A stretch of DNA of 64,000 nucleotides. It comes from Gammaproteobacteria bacterium. GTDB taxonomy: Bacteria > Pseudomonadota > Gammaproteobacteria > Steroidobacterales > JACDCP01. The DNA lies in assembly GCA_035524935.1 (NCBI GenBank), contig DATLFD010000050.1:19980-83979 (forward strand). Reading direction: 5' to 3'. Shown here in pieces: positions 20,350-30,146 of this stretch. How positions within the stretch are numbered: position 1 is the stretch's first letter; the number at the start of each line of letters is the position of its first letter. Position numbers and translations under genes: made by a program. The notes beneath the pieces were generated by a model. The model made no database searches. It had not been told where the DNA came from and saw only the letters and a program-made list of their open reading frames with translations.

Positions 20350-21402
20350 CTAGATCACGCCGCGGCGCTGCTGGTCGCGCTCGATGGACTCGAACAGCGC
20401 CTGGAAGTTGCCTTCGCCGAAGCCTTCGTTGCCCTTGCGCTGGATGATCTCGAAGAAGATCGGTCCGATGTTCGCCTCGGTGAAAATCTGCAGCAGCAGC
20501 CGCTTCTTCGTCTCCGGATCGCCGTCGATGAGGATGCGGTTGGCCCGCATGCGCTCGATGTCCTCGCAGTGCCCCGGCAGCCGCTCGTCGATCATCTCGT
20601 AGTAGGTGTCCGGCACATCCAGGAAACCGACTTTGTTCTCGCGCAGGCCCTCGACGGTCTTGTAGATGTCGGCGGTGAACAGCGCTATATGCTGGATTCC
20701 CTCGCCTCTGTACTGCTGGAGATATTCGGCGATCTGCGACTTGTCGTCGCTCGACTCGTTGATGGGAATCCGCACCTTGCCGTCGGGGCTGGTCATGGCC
20801 CGTGACACGAGTCCCGTGCGCGCGCCCTTGATGTCAAAATAGCGGATTTCGCGGAAGTTGAACAGGCGTTCGTAGAAACCGGCCCACTTGTCCATGTTGC
20901 CGCGCTCGACATTGTGCGTGAGATGATCGAGCAACGTGAGGCCGACGCCTTGCGGATGCTGGTCGGCGCCGGGGAACGGCACGAAATCGTCGTACACCGA
21001 ACGATCGCCGTAGCGATCGACGAGATAGAGGATGCTGCCGCCGATTCCCGAGATCATCGGCGTGTCGACCGGCACCGTGTCAGCCTTGTGCGCAAACGAC
21101 TGAGCGCCCCGGTCACGGGCCATGCGGAATGCGTTGCCGGCATCCCTGACGCGCATCGCGAATCCACAGGCGCACGGGCCGTGCTCGGCAGCGAAATCGA
21201 CCGCGAAGCTGCCGGGCTCTGCATTGACGAGGAAGTTGATGTCGCCCTGCCTGTACAGGGTGACGTTCTTGCCGCGGTGACGGGCGATGGCCGTGAAACC
21301 GAGCTTGAGAAACAACGCGTCGAGCTCTTTCGGCTCGGGCGCGGCGAACTCGACGAATTCGAAGCCGTCCGTGCCCAGGGGATTCGCAAAGGTCTCTGCC
21401 AT
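20350..21402 (-). CDS. hppD: 4-hydroxyphenylpyruvate dioxygenase
   Basis: NPLGTDGFEFVEF, DHLTHNV, EGIQHIA, FFEIIQRKGNEGFGEGNF; GGAG RBS before ATG 21402. Confidence 0.95.
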   Translation of the reverse strand: MAETFANPLGTDGFEFVEFAAPEPKELDALFLKLGFTAIARHRGKNVTLYRQGDINFLVNAEPGSFAVDFAAEHGPCACGFAMRVRDAGNAFRMARDRGAQSFAHKADTVPVDTPMISGIGGSILYLVDRYGDRSVYDDFVPFPGADQHPQGVGLTLLDHLTHNVERGNMDKWAGFYERLFNFREIRYFDIKGARTGLVSRAMTSPDGKVRIPINESSDDKSQIAEYLQQYRGEGIQHIALFTADIYKTVEGLRENKVGFLDVPDTYYEMIDERLPGHCEDIERMRANRILIDGDPETKKRLLLQIFTEANIGPIFFEIIQRKGNEGFGEGNFQALFESIERDQQRRGVI

Positions 21403-21419
21403 CAGGCGACTCCAACCGT

Positions 21420-21437
21420 TAGTTACATTTGCAACTA
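21420..21437. promoter_or_regulatory. Imperfect palindrome, candidate MarR operator
   Basis: TAGTTACATTTGCAACTA in the AT-rich divergent hppD/marR intergenic region. Confidence 0.6.
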
Positions 21438-21555
21438 GTGTAGCTATACTTACGGTGTTGTGCAAAAGCACGGGGCATCCATCGTTCCGGCGACGTCACC
21501 CCGGCCAAAAACCGGGCGATATACAGTGTCACGAGGCGGTGCCCGGCGTCTGCAA

Positions 21556-22053
21556 ATGGCAAGAGAACCCGATAACTCTTTGAAACTCGAAGAATTCCTT
21601 CCGTACCGCCTGTCCGTGCTCTCGAACACCGTCAGCAGCGCCATCGCGGCAGCTTACGCCGAGCGCTTCGAACTGTCCGTGCCGGAGTGGCGCGTGCTCG
21701 CAATCCTCGGCCGCTATCCCGGCCTGTCGGCCGGGGAAGTCGCCGGACGCGCTGCCATGGACAAGGTCGCTGTCAGCCGAGCAGTCACGCGGCTGCTCGA
21801 AGCGGGCCGCATCAACCGCCGCTTCGCCAATGCGGATCGGAGACGCTCCATTCTCGAATTGTCGGCCAAAGGCCGCGCCGTGCATGCGAAAGTGACGCCG
21901 GTAGCCCGCTATTACGAACGCGCGTTGCTCGAAGGCCTCTCCGCAACCGAGCGCAAACATTTTGACCAACTGCTCGACAAGCTGCTTCGCAGGGCGTACG
22001 CGCTTGGTCCCGCCACGCCGCCCAGCAGGAAAACAATCCGCTCCGTCTCTTGA
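21556..22053 (+). CDS. MarR-family transcriptional regulator
   Basis: LEEFLPYRLSVL, EWRVLA, MDKVAVSRAV, DRRRSILELS; divergent from hppD. Confidence 0.9.
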   Translation: MAREPDNSLKLEEFLPYRLSVLSNTVSSAIAAAYAERFELSVPEWRVLAILGRYPGLSAGEVAGRAAMDKVAVSRAVTRLLEAGRINRRFANADRRRSILELSAKGRAVHAKVTPVARYYERALLEGLSATERKHFDQLLDKLLRRAYALGPATPPSRKTIRSVS

Positions 22054-22100
22054 ACGTAATGAAGTGTTGATATGATTCCCGGCAGTGTTTCGGAAGGCCC

Positions 22101-22613
22101 ATGAAGCTGACGAGCTTCGAGTCCGTCGTCCGCGCGCTCAACGACGCAGACGTGCGTTATCTGATCGCCGGCGGAGCCGCGGTCATCGCGCATGGATACC
22201 TCCGTTACACCAAAGACCTGGATTTTGTCATTCAACTCCTGCCTGATAATGTCGAGCGGACTTTTTCGGCTCTGGCGACGCTCGGCTACACGCCATCCGT
22301 GCCGGTTACAGCGGCGCAGTTCGGCGATGCTGAAATCCGCGAGGGCTGGATTCGGGACAAAGGCATGAAAGTGCTCAATTTCTGGAGCGACGAGCATCGC
22401 GAGACATCGGTCGACGTCTTCGTCAGCGAACCGTTTCCATTCGACGAGGAATATGAGCGGTCGCTGCTGAAACCGCTCTACGATACGATTCCGGTTCGAT
22501 TCGTCTCAATTCCGACGCTGATTGAAATGAAAGAAAAGGCCCGCCGCACCCAGGACCTGATCGACATCGAGCATTTACGCATGAGGCTGGACGATGTCCG
22601 AAAAGGAAGGTGA
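22101..22613 (+). CDS. Pol-beta-superfamily nucleotidyltransferase-like protein
   Basis: YLIAGGAAV...RYTKDLD (GG + DxD) and C-terminal LIEMK..R.QD..D pattern; visibly lower GC. Confidence 0.75.
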   Translation: MKLTSFESVVRALNDADVRYLIAGGAAVIAHGYLRYTKDLDFVIQLLPDNVERTFSALATLGYTPSVPVTAAQFGDAEIREGWIRDKGMKVLNFWSDEHRETSVDVFVSEPFPFDEEYERSLLKPLYDTIPVRFVSIPTLIEMKEKARRTQDLIDIEHLRMRLDDVRKGR

Positions 22614-22782
22614 ATCAGACGATATCGACTGGAGCGTGACCACGTGGGAAGGCTCGCGTCGGGAGCAGTTGAGGCGATGGGCGGCGCTGCCGCTGGAACG
22701 TCTGGTTGCAGCTGTCGAGGAAATGGAAGAGCTTGTTCGCGTGTTGAGTCCCGGACAAAAAACGCATACGTCTGAGCGCTAG
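22594..22782 (+). CDS. Small hypothetical protein overlapping the nucleotidyltransferase gene
   Basis: 62 aa, 20-nt overlap, GAGG upstream, DW..TTWEGSRREQLRRW segment. Confidence 0.65.
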   Translation: MSEKEGESDDIDWSVTTWEGSRREQLRRWAALPLERLVAAVEEMEELVRVLSPGQKTHTSER

Positions 22783-22943
22783 TGATATCGTCAAGATGGG
22801 ATGATTGCAGTTAAGGTTATAGCCGTCTTACCACGCCCGCGCGGCGGCGGTGTTGGTTCCGCCGGCACCTCCGTCATCTGTTCCTCGGTGGCCGCGCGCA
22901 CCGTAATTTCCGAGCCGCTCGATGAGCGGTAGCTCTGCCGCAT

Positions 22944-23753
22944 TCAGACAGCTTTCGCCAGCGGGTTCTTCTCCCAATAAAGGTTCACCCGCCGCTCGCT
23001 GCGCGCGAGCTCGCCGGTATCCGCCACGACCTTTTCCTCACCACGCATGAAATTCGGCGTAAAGCCGCAGCCGCGCAGGAGCTGCAGCATGCGCATCGGC
23101 TCCAGGCCGGCTTTTTTCATATAGCCGGGCGCAAATTCGGTGAGCACCGCGCAACACCGCCCGAGCACGGCACCGGCACCTTTGAGCGCGATGTACTCGT
23201 AGCCCTCGACGTCGATTTTGAGCAGCCGGACCGGGCGATCGCCGAGATGTCGCTCGGCCCAGAAGGTGTCGAGCGGCACGACCGGCACGTCGATGGTACC
23301 GCTGTCGTTGATCGGCAGCAGCGAATGACGGCCCTGATTGCCCTTGCCGTAAAGATGCAGCTTGCGCGTCTCCTCCCGATCGGAGACACCCTTGCGAATG
23401 GCGTGCACTTTATTCGCATCGTTGCGCGCGAGGTTTTCCTCCAGCAGCGCGAAATTGGCGGGCTCGGGTTCGAAGGCGAAAATATCCACACCGTCCGGCG
23501 CCATGCGATCGAATACGAGCGAATACCAACCGATGTTCGCGCCGACATCGAACAGCACGTCACCCGGCTCGATGTGGAGATGACGCCGAAGAAAGCCGGT
23601 GATCTGCGCATCGTGACTGCCGTGCTTGTACAGATGGCGCCCGATGACGTCGGCCGCGCAGACCTTGAGCTCGAGATCGAACGGTTGCGCGCGGACCTGC
23701 AGGTGGCGGCGGCAAAGAATCCAGCGGTTGATAAAGTACCGAACGGCTTTCAT
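22944..23753 (-). CDS. FkbM-family SAM-dependent methyltransferase
   Basis: FDVGANIGWYS, AFEPEP, LKIDVEGYE. Confidence 0.9.
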   Translation of the reverse strand: MKAVRYFINRWILCRRHLQVRAQPFDLELKVCAADVIGRHLYKHGSHDAQITGFLRRHLHIEPGDVLFDVGANIGWYSLVFDRMAPDGVDIFAFEPEPANFALLEENLARNDANKVHAIRKGVSDREETRKLHLYGKGNQGRHSLLPINDSGTIDVPVVPLDTFWAERHLGDRPVRLLKIDVEGYEYIALKGAGAVLGRCCAVLTEFAPGYMKKAGLEPMRMLQLLRGCGFTPNFMRGEEKVVADTGELARSERRVNLYWEKNPLAKAV

Positions 23754-23774
23754 GCGGCGACAGCCGGGTTGAAA

Positions 23775-23797
23775 AGGCGGGTTGAAACCCGCCCTAC
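23775..23797 (-). repeat. GTAG-type REP overlapping the kynA stop codon
   Basis: Minus strand GTAGGGCGGGTTTCAACCCGCC; partial second copy adjacent (23763-23774). Confidence 0.88.
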
Positions 23798-24645
23798 GGT
23801 GGCCCGATTTCGGTGCGCACGTCTATGAGCTCCGGGAAGAAGCGCATGTCGAGCGCCCGGCGCAGAAAAGCGACGCCGGACGAGCCGCCGGTACCGCGCT
23901 TGAAGCCGATGATGCGCTCCACGGTCTTCATGTGCCGGAAGCGCCAAAGCTGAAAGTTTTCCTCGAGATCGACGAGCTTCTCGCACATGTTGTATGCATC
24001 CCAGTACTGGCGCGTATTCTCGTAGATCTGCTTGAACACGGCGATCACACCCGGGTGCCCCTCGTACGGTTCGGACCAGTCGCGTTCTACGCGCTCGGCA
24101 GGCACGTCGAAGCCGCGGCGCTTCAGGTGACGCAGGAACTCGTCGTACAGGCCGGGGTTGCGCAGCGCCTCGTCCAGCGCCGCATGGGCCGCCGGGTCGT
24201 GCCGGAAGACCTCGAGGATGTCGGCGTCCTTGTTGCCGAGCAGAAACTCGAATCGGCGGTACTGCGGCGACTGGAAGCCCGAAGCGGTGCCGAAAAGATG
24301 TCGGAACTGCGCGTACTCGCTCGGCGTCAGCGTGGCGAGCACCCCCCACTGATGGAAAAGCTGCTGTTGCACCTGCTTGACCCGGGCCAGGATCTTGAAG
24401 CAGGGCTCGAGCTCGTCGGTGCGCACGTGCGCGATCGCCGCATCGAGCTCGTGCAGGATCAGCTTGAACCAAAGCTCGGCGACCTGATGCTGGATGATGA
24501 ACAGCATCTCGTCATGATGCGGCGGATCGCTGAGAAGGCTCTGCGCGTCGAGCAGGCGATCGAGCTTGAGATAGCCCGAGTAGCTCATGTGTTCGCCGAA
24601 GTCGCGGTGGATGCCGCTTTCGAGCTCGCGGTGTTTCCTGGTCAT
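23794..24645 (-). CDS. kynA: Tryptophan 2,3-dioxygenase
   Basis: [46 protein letters not shown]; start 24645 or 24654. Confidence 0.95.
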   Translation of the reverse strand: MTRKHRELESGIHRDFGEHMSYSGYLKLDRLLDAQSLLSDPPHHDEMLFIIQHQVAELWFKLILHELDAAIAHVRTDELEPCFKILARVKQVQQQLFHQWGVLATLTPSEYAQFRHLFGTASGFQSPQYRRFEFLLGNKDADILEVFRHDPAAHAALDEALRNPGLYDEFLRHLKRRGFDVPAERVERDWSEPYEGHPGVIAVFKQIYENTRQYWDAYNMCEKLVDLEENFQLWRFRHMKTVERIIGFKRGTGGSSGVAFLRRALDMRFFPELIDVRTEIGPP

Positions 24646-24786
24646 GACTCCCATCGCGCGCCGGCATCGCGTGGGCGCGACCGGCGGATTGCCCGTCCGC
24701 ATTGTATCCGAAGGGCGCCGGACTTGAGGTATAATTCCAGCCTTTTGCTGAGCCCGAAGTCCCTGCCTGTTTCCCCGGGGTGATCC

Positions 24787-25866
24787 TTGAAGACGATCGC
24801 GAAATTCGAGATCAAGCGCAGCCGGTTCCTCGATCCCGACGGAAGGATATCGGGCAAGCTGCCCGCCTTCGCGCAGGACATGGATCAAATGCTGCGCATG
24901 TACCGCATGATGATGCTGACGCGCATCTTCGACACCAAGGCGATCAACCTGCAGCGGACGGGCAAGCTCGGCACCTACGCGTCGTGCCTCGGTCACGAGG
25001 CGGCACACGTCGGGATCGGCGCGGCGATGCGCGCCGAAGATTGCTTCGCGCCCATGTATCGGGAATACGGCGCCCAGTTCTGGCGCGGCGTGCAGATGTC
25101 CGAGGTGCTGCTTTACTGGGGCGGCGACGAGCGCGGCAACAACTTTTCCGGGCCGAGGCACGACTTCGCCTGGTGTGTGCCCATCGCGACGCAGTGCATT
25201 CACGCCGCCGGAGCCGCTATGGCGTTCAAGCTGCGCGGCGAGAAACGCTGCGCGCTCACCGTGGTCGGCGACGGCGGCACGTCGGAAGGCATATTCTACG
25301 AATCGCTGAATCTCGCCGGTGCAGCCAGGCTGCCGCTCGTCATAGTCATCGTCAACAACGGCTGGGCGATCTCGGTGCCGCTCGAGCTGCAGACCGCTGC
25401 GCAGACGCTTGCGCAGAAAGCGGTCGCGGGCGGCATTCCCGGGCTGCAGGTCGACGGCAACGACGTCATCGCCGTGCGGCACGCCGTCGAGCAGGCGCTG
25501 GATCGTGCGCGCGGCGGCGACGGGCCGTCGGTTATCGAGGCCGTTACCTACCGGTTGAGCGATCACACGACGGCGGACGATGCGAGCCGTTACCGTTCCG
25601 CCGAGGATCTCGACAAGGCGCGGGCGCTCGAGCCGCTCATCCGGCTCCGCGCTTATCTGCGCGGGCTCGGCGCATGGGACGACGCGCGCGAGGAGGAACT
25701 GATCGCGGACTGCAATGCCAGGGTCGAGGCTGCCGTTGAAGAATACCTGAACACGCCGAAACCGCCCGTCGAGTCCATGTTCGACTATATGTACGAGACT
25801 CTGCCCGAGGCCATGGAAGCGCAGCGCGATACCGCGACACGGTACGCCGGCAGCGGCGGGCATTGA
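24787..25866 (+). CDS. pdhA: 2-oxoacid (pyruvate or branched-chain) dehydrogenase E1 alpha subunit
   Basis: TPP motif GDGGTSEG...[21 protein letters not shown] start; substrate not determinable by eye. Confidence 0.88.
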   Translation: MKTIAKFEIKRSRFLDPDGRISGKLPAFAQDMDQMLRMYRMMMLTRIFDTKAINLQRTGKLGTYASCLGHEAAHVGIGAAMRAEDCFAPMYREYGAQFWRGVQMSEVLLYWGGDERGNNFSGPRHDFAWCVPIATQCIHAAGAAMAFKLRGEKRCALTVVGDGGTSEGIFYESLNLAGAARLPLVIVIVNNGWAISVPLELQTAAQTLAQKAVAGGIPGLQVDGNDVIAVRHAVEQALDRARGGDGPSVIEAVTYRLSDHTTADDASRYRSAEDLDKARALEPLIRLRAYLRGLGAWDDAREEELIADCNARVEAAVEEYLNTPKPPVESMFDYMYETLPEAMEAQRDTATRYAGSGGH

Positions 25867-25926
25867 TGTACCGCGCGATGCATGGCCGTCGCCGGCAGGC
25901 CGCGCCGCCGGCGGACGCGCGCTGAC

Positions 25927-26907
25927 ATGGCCGCCAAGGTGACCCTCATCGATGCCGTGACCATGGCGCTGGCCTGGGAGTTGGCGCACGACGAACGCGT
26001 GCTCGTGTTCGGCGAGGACGTGGGAGTCAACGGCGGAGTATTCCGCGCCACTGCCGGCCTTCAGGAACGCTTCGGCAAGGACCGCGTGCAGGACACGCCG
26101 CTCGCCGAGGCGATGATAGCCGGCATGTCGATCGGGCTCGCCGCGCAGGGCATGCGGCCGGTCGCCGAGATCCAGTTCATGGGCTTCATCTATCCGGCGG
26201 TCGACCAGATGATCAGCCACGCCGGGCGCATGCGCCACCGCACGCGGGGCCGGCTTTCCTGCCCGATGGTGCTGCGCGCGCCGTTCGGCGGCGGTATCCA
26301 CGCGCCTGAGCATCATTCCGAAAGCACGGAAGCCATTTTTGCCCACATACCGGGTATCCGGGTCGTCATCCCCTCCTCGCCCGCGCGCGCCTATGGTCTT
26401 CTGCTCGCGGCGATACGCGATCCGGATCCCGTGGTGTTTCTGGAACCCAAGCGCATCTATCGCATGGCCCGCCAGACCGTGGAGGATGACGGCGAGGCGT
26501 TGCCGCTCGACGTCTGCTACACGCTGCGCGAGGGCGACGATGTCACGCTCGTGACCTGGGGTGCGATGACGCATGAGACGCAGAAGGCCGCCGCGGAGCT
26601 GGCCGAGGAGGACATCGACTGCGAGGTCATCGACGTCGCGACAGTGAGCCCGATCGACATGGAAACCATTCTCGAGTCCGTCGAGAAGACCGGGCGGCTG
26701 GTCATCGTGCACGAGGCGCCGCGCTCGTGCGGCGTGGGAGCGGAGATCGCCGCCTCGGTCGCCGAGCACGGCGTCTACGATCTCATCGCGCCGATCAAAC
26801 GGGTTACAGGCTACGATACGGTGATGCCGCTGTTCAAGCTCGAGTATGAGTATCTGCCGAGCGTCGCCCGTATCAAGGACGCCGTCCGGGAAACGCTGGA
26901 TGCCTAG
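25927..26907 (+). CDS. pdhB: 2-oxoacid dehydrogenase E1 beta subunit
   Basis: [32 protein letters not shown]. Confidence 0.88.
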   Translation: MAAKVTLIDAVTMALAWELAHDERVLVFGEDVGVNGGVFRATAGLQERFGKDRVQDTPLAEAMIAGMSIGLAAQGMRPVAEIQFMGFIYPAVDQMISHAGRMRHRTRGRLSCPMVLRAPFGGGIHAPEHHSESTEAIFAHIPGIRVVIPSSPARAYGLLLAAIRDPDPVVFLEPKRIYRMARQTVEDDGEALPLDVCYTLREGDDVTLVTWGAMTHETQKAAAELAEEDIDCEVIDVATVSPIDMETILESVEKTGRLVIVHEAPRSCGVGAEIAASVAEHGVYDLIAPIKRVTGYDTVMPLFKLEYEYLPSVARIKDAVRETLDA

Positions 26908-27068
26908 TGGTGTGTCCCGCAAGTATGTGCAATAAATCGCGAAGGGAAGGGGCCGCCAGCCAAGGCGCGAGGAGGAGGCATAGCGGGACTATGGCGACGA
27001 CGAGCAACGCCGGAAGGCGGGCCCGGACCGAGCGGGAATTGATGCGTACTTGCGGGACACGACACCAG
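26905..27068. mobile_element. MITE-like non-coding element with terminal inverted repeats
   Basis: GTGTCCCGCAAGTA 26912-26925 / TACTTGCGGGACAC 27047-27060 (perfect), extending imperfectly outward to CTAG / CCAG; central CATAG-CGGGA-CTATG hairpin. Confidence 0.65.
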
Positions 27069-27074
27069 CCAGCC

Positions 27075-27104
27075 TTGACAGCGGCGCCGCGCGCTGCCCA
27101 CTAT
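27075..27104 (+). promoter_or_regulatory. Candidate sigma70 promoter for corB
   Basis: TTGACA-N18-CACTAT. Confidence 0.4.
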
Positions 27105-27150
27105 CGTGCGGCGGCGGTGCACCGCCGGTCATCGATGAGGTTGGCACTCT

Positions 27151-28428
27151 TTGAGTGACGACGTCCCGCTAGGCGTACTGTTCGGCATCCTCGCCCTGCT
27201 TCTGCTGCTGTCGGCCTTCTTCTCCGGCTCGGAGACGGCATTGATGAGCCTGAACCGTTACCGGCTCAGGCACCGTGCGCGGTCGGGCGTGCGCGGCGCG
27301 CGTCTCGCCGAGGCGCTGCTGGCGCGGCCCGACCGGCTCATCGGGCTGATCCTGATCGGCAACAACGCCGTCAATCTCGCCGCCGCCTCGATCACCACCG
27401 TCATCGCCCTGCGCATGGGCGGCGAGCCGGCAATCGCAATCGGCACGGGCGCGCTCCTGTTCGTGATCCTGATTTTCTCAGAGGTGGCGCCGAAGACCCT
27501 GGCGGCAATCCGGCCGTCGCGGGTCGCGCTGCCGGCGGCGTATGTCTATTACCCGCTGCTCAAGCTGATGTATCCGCTGGTGTGGCTCGTGAACATCATC
27601 GCCAACGGCGTGCTGCGGCTGCTCGGCGTGTCGGCCGCCGACGCCTCGACGCATTCGCTGAGCAGCGAGGAGCTGCGCACGGTGGTGGCGGAGGCCGGCG
27701 CGATGATTCCACAGCGCCATCAACGCATGCTGATCAGCATACTCGACCTGGAGAACGTGTCCGTCGACGACATCATGGTGCCGCACAACGAGATCGTCGG
27801 CATCGAGCTCGAGGACGACTGGGACGCCATCCTGCGGCAGCTGCGCGGCAGCGAACACACCCGGCTGCCGCTGTTCCGCGACGGCGTCGATCACATCGTC
27901 GGCGTGATCCACCTGCGCACGCTGCTCGAGCCGCTCGCCGGCCGCGAGCTGAGCCGCGAGCTGCTGGTGGAGAAGGCCGAGGACCCGTATTTCGTGCCCG
28001 AGGGCACGCCGCTCAACCGCCAGCTCATCAATTTCCAGCGCGCCAGACAGCGCATCGCGTTCGTCGTCGACGAATACGGCGACATCCAGGGCCTCGTGAC
28101 CCTCGAGGATATTCTCGAGGAGATCGTCGGCGAGTTCACCACCGATCCCGCGACCGTGCACAAGGACGTGCGGCGCGAGTCGGACAGCACGTGGCTCGTC
28201 GACGGCAGCGCCAACGTCCGTGCGCTCAACCGCATGCTGAACTGGAACCTGCCGACCGACGGGCCGAAAACGCTCAACGGGGTCATCGTCGAGTACCTCG
28301 AAACCATCCCGGCCACCGGGCTCGGGCTCGAGCTCGGCGGTTACCCGATCGAGATCGTCGAAACCACCGAGAATGCCGTGAAGACGGTGCGCATCCACGC
28401 CCCCGAAGCCGAGAAGAAACGCGCGTAG
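27151..28428 (+). CDS. corB: CNNM/CorB-family Mg2+/Co2+ transporter (DUF21-CBS-CorC)
   Basis: SAFFSGSETA, ILIGNN, FSEVAPKT, VVDEYGDIQGLVTLEDILEEIVG. Confidence 0.88.
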   Translation: MSDDVPLGVLFGILALLLLLSAFFSGSETALMSLNRYRLRHRARSGVRGARLAEALLARPDRLIGLILIGNNAVNLAAASITTVIALRMGGEPAIAIGTGALLFVILIFSEVAPKTLAAIRPSRVALPAAYVYYPLLKLMYPLVWLVNIIANGVLRLLGVSAADASTHSLSSEELRTVVAEAGAMIPQRHQRMLISILDLENVSVDDIMVPHNEIVGIELEDDWDAILRQLRGSEHTRLPLFRDGVDHIVGVIHLRTLLEPLAGRELSRELLVEKAEDPYFVPEGTPLNRQLINFQRARQRIAFVVDEYGDIQGLVTLEDILEEIVGEFTTDPATVHKDVRRESDSTWLVDGSANVRALNRMLNWNLPTDGPKTLNGVIVEYLETIPATGLGLELGGYPIEIVETTENAVKTVRIHAPEAEKKRA

Positions 28429-28446
28429 GGCGGGTTTCAACCCGCC
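28425..28446 (+). repeat. GTAG-type REP overlapping the corB stop codon
   Basis: GTAGGGCGGGTTTCAACCCGCC. Confidence 0.9.
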
Positions 28447-28485
28447 AGCCAACCACCGGTGCCCTGCCCGCACCGGTTAGTCGAC

Positions 28486-28563
28486 AACCGAACAAACGGT
28501 GACCGGCACCGGTGACCGGTGATCGGTTATTTGATAACCGAACAAACGGTGACCGGCACCGGT
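28486..28563. repeat. 28-bp perfect direct repeat, 50-bp period
   Basis: AACCGAACAAACGGTGACCGGCACCGGT at 28486-28513 and 28536-28563. Confidence 0.85.
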
Positions 28564-28570
28564 TATGCGG

Positions 28571-29932
28571 TTATGCGAAGGCGCGGGTGATCGCGTCGGG
28601 CAGGCGCGTGGCGCCGATGACCTCGAGCTCGAGCGCCGCGAGCTCGCGCACGATGCGCCGGCGGGCGTTCGCGGCCGGCACGATGGCGCGGCGGAAGCCG
28701 TGCTTGGCGCTCTCGCGCAGGCGCTCCTCGCCGAACGGCACCGGTCGGATCTCGCCCGCCAGGCCGACTTCGCCGAAGGCGACCGTGCCTGCGGCGAGCG
28801 GCCGGTCACGCAGGCTCGACACGCAGGCGAGCAGCGCCGGCAGGTCGGCCGCAGTCTCGGCGACGCGCACGCCGCCGACCACGTTCACGAACACGTCCTG
28901 ACCGGCCAGCGCCACTCCCGCATGCCGGTGCAGGACCGCGAGCAGCAGGTTCAGGCGGTTGCCGTCGAGGCCGAGCGCGATGCGGCGCGGGTTCGCGAGC
29001 TGGCCGGTATCGACGAGCGCCTGCACCTCGACGAGCAGCGGCCGGGTACCCTCGCGGGTCACCATGACGGCGCTTCCGCTGACCGGTGCGGGGTGCCGCG
29101 ACAGGAACATCGCCGACGGGTTCGGCACCTCCTTGAGGCCGTCGCCGGCCATAGCGAATACGCCGATCTCGTTGGCGGCCCCGAAGCGGTTCTTGACCGC
29201 GCGCACGATGCGCAGCCGGCTGCCCGAGTCGCTCTCGAAATAGAGCACCGTGTCGACCATGTGCTCGAGCACGCGCGGCCCGGCGATGGCGCCCTCCTTG
29301 GTGACATGGCCGATCAGGAACACCGCCGTGCCGGACTGCTTGGCGAAGCGCACGAGCTGCGCGGCGGTCTCGCGGAGCTGGGCGACCGAGCCCGGCGCCG
29401 ACTGCAACGCGGACGAATACAGGGTCTGCACCGAGTCGACGACCAGGGTGTGCGGCTTCACCCGGCCGGCCTCGACCAACAGCTCCTCGACGCAGGTCTG
29501 CGCGAGCAGGCCCAGGTTCGCCGCGGCGAGGCCGAGGCGGCGCGCGCGCAGTCCGACCTGGCGCAAGGATTCCTCGCCGGTCACGTACAGGGTGGTTGAA
29601 TCCCCGCTCATGCGCGCGGCCGCCTGCAGCAGCAACGTGGACTTGCCGATGCCCGGATCGCCGCCGATCAGCGTCGCTGAGCCGGCCACGAGGCCGCCGC
29701 CCAGCACGCGGTCGAGCTCGCCGATGCCCGTGCTGCGGCGCGCCTCCACGTGCTCGCCGACGTCGGCGAGCCGCTGCATGCTGACCGCCGGCGTCGCGAG
29801 CGCGCGCACGGCGGCGATCGCGCGGGACTCGACGAGCGAGTTCCAGGCGCCGCAGGCATCGCATTGTCCCTGCCACTTGAGGCTCTGGGCGCCACAGGCA
29901 TCGCAAACGAACACGGAACGCGGCTTGGCCAT
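28571..29932 (-). CDS. radA: DNA repair protein RadA/Sms
   Basis: C4 zinc finger, GDPGIGKST, KNRFG motif. Confidence 0.96.
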   Translation of the reverse strand: MAKPRSVFVCDACGAQSLKWQGQCDACGAWNSLVESRAIAAVRALATPAVSMQRLADVGEHVEARRSTGIGELDRVLGGGLVAGSATLIGGDPGIGKSTLLLQAAARMSGDSTTLYVTGEESLRQVGLRARRLGLAAANLGLLAQTCVEELLVEAGRVKPHTLVVDSVQTLYSSALQSAPGSVAQLRETAAQLVRFAKQSGTAVFLIGHVTKEGAIAGPRVLEHMVDTVLYFESDSGSRLRIVRAVKNRFGAANEIGVFAMAGDGLKEVPNPSAMFLSRHPAPVSGSAVMVTREGTRPLLVEVQALVDTGQLANPRRIALGLDGNRLNLLLAVLHRHAGVALAGQDVFVNVVGGVRVAETAADLPALLACVSSLRDRPLAAGTVAFGEVGLAGEIRPVPFGEERLRESAKHGFRRAIVPAANARRRIVRELAALELEVIGATRLPDAITRAFA

Positions 29933-30146
29933 TGCGCGGCGGGAAGATCCAGCAATCGACGAGCGCCTGATGTTAGCAGTCCGCTGCGCCCGTCGACCAC
30001 AGCGACTTTCCGCCTCGCTCGCGACAAATCGGGCCGCCGCAATTGAAAATGTGAAAGGCCGCTCGGACTCCCTACGGCTTGGTGATACGCTATGCAGGCT
30101 TCGTTTCCGCCGGTCCCGCAAGCCGGCTCAAGATGCGGAATTCTGC

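Noticed and set aside
22791..22943. About 50-codon minus-strand ORF directly after the FkbM gene
   Set aside because: No recognisable motif; runs into the AT-rich islet edge; unsupported
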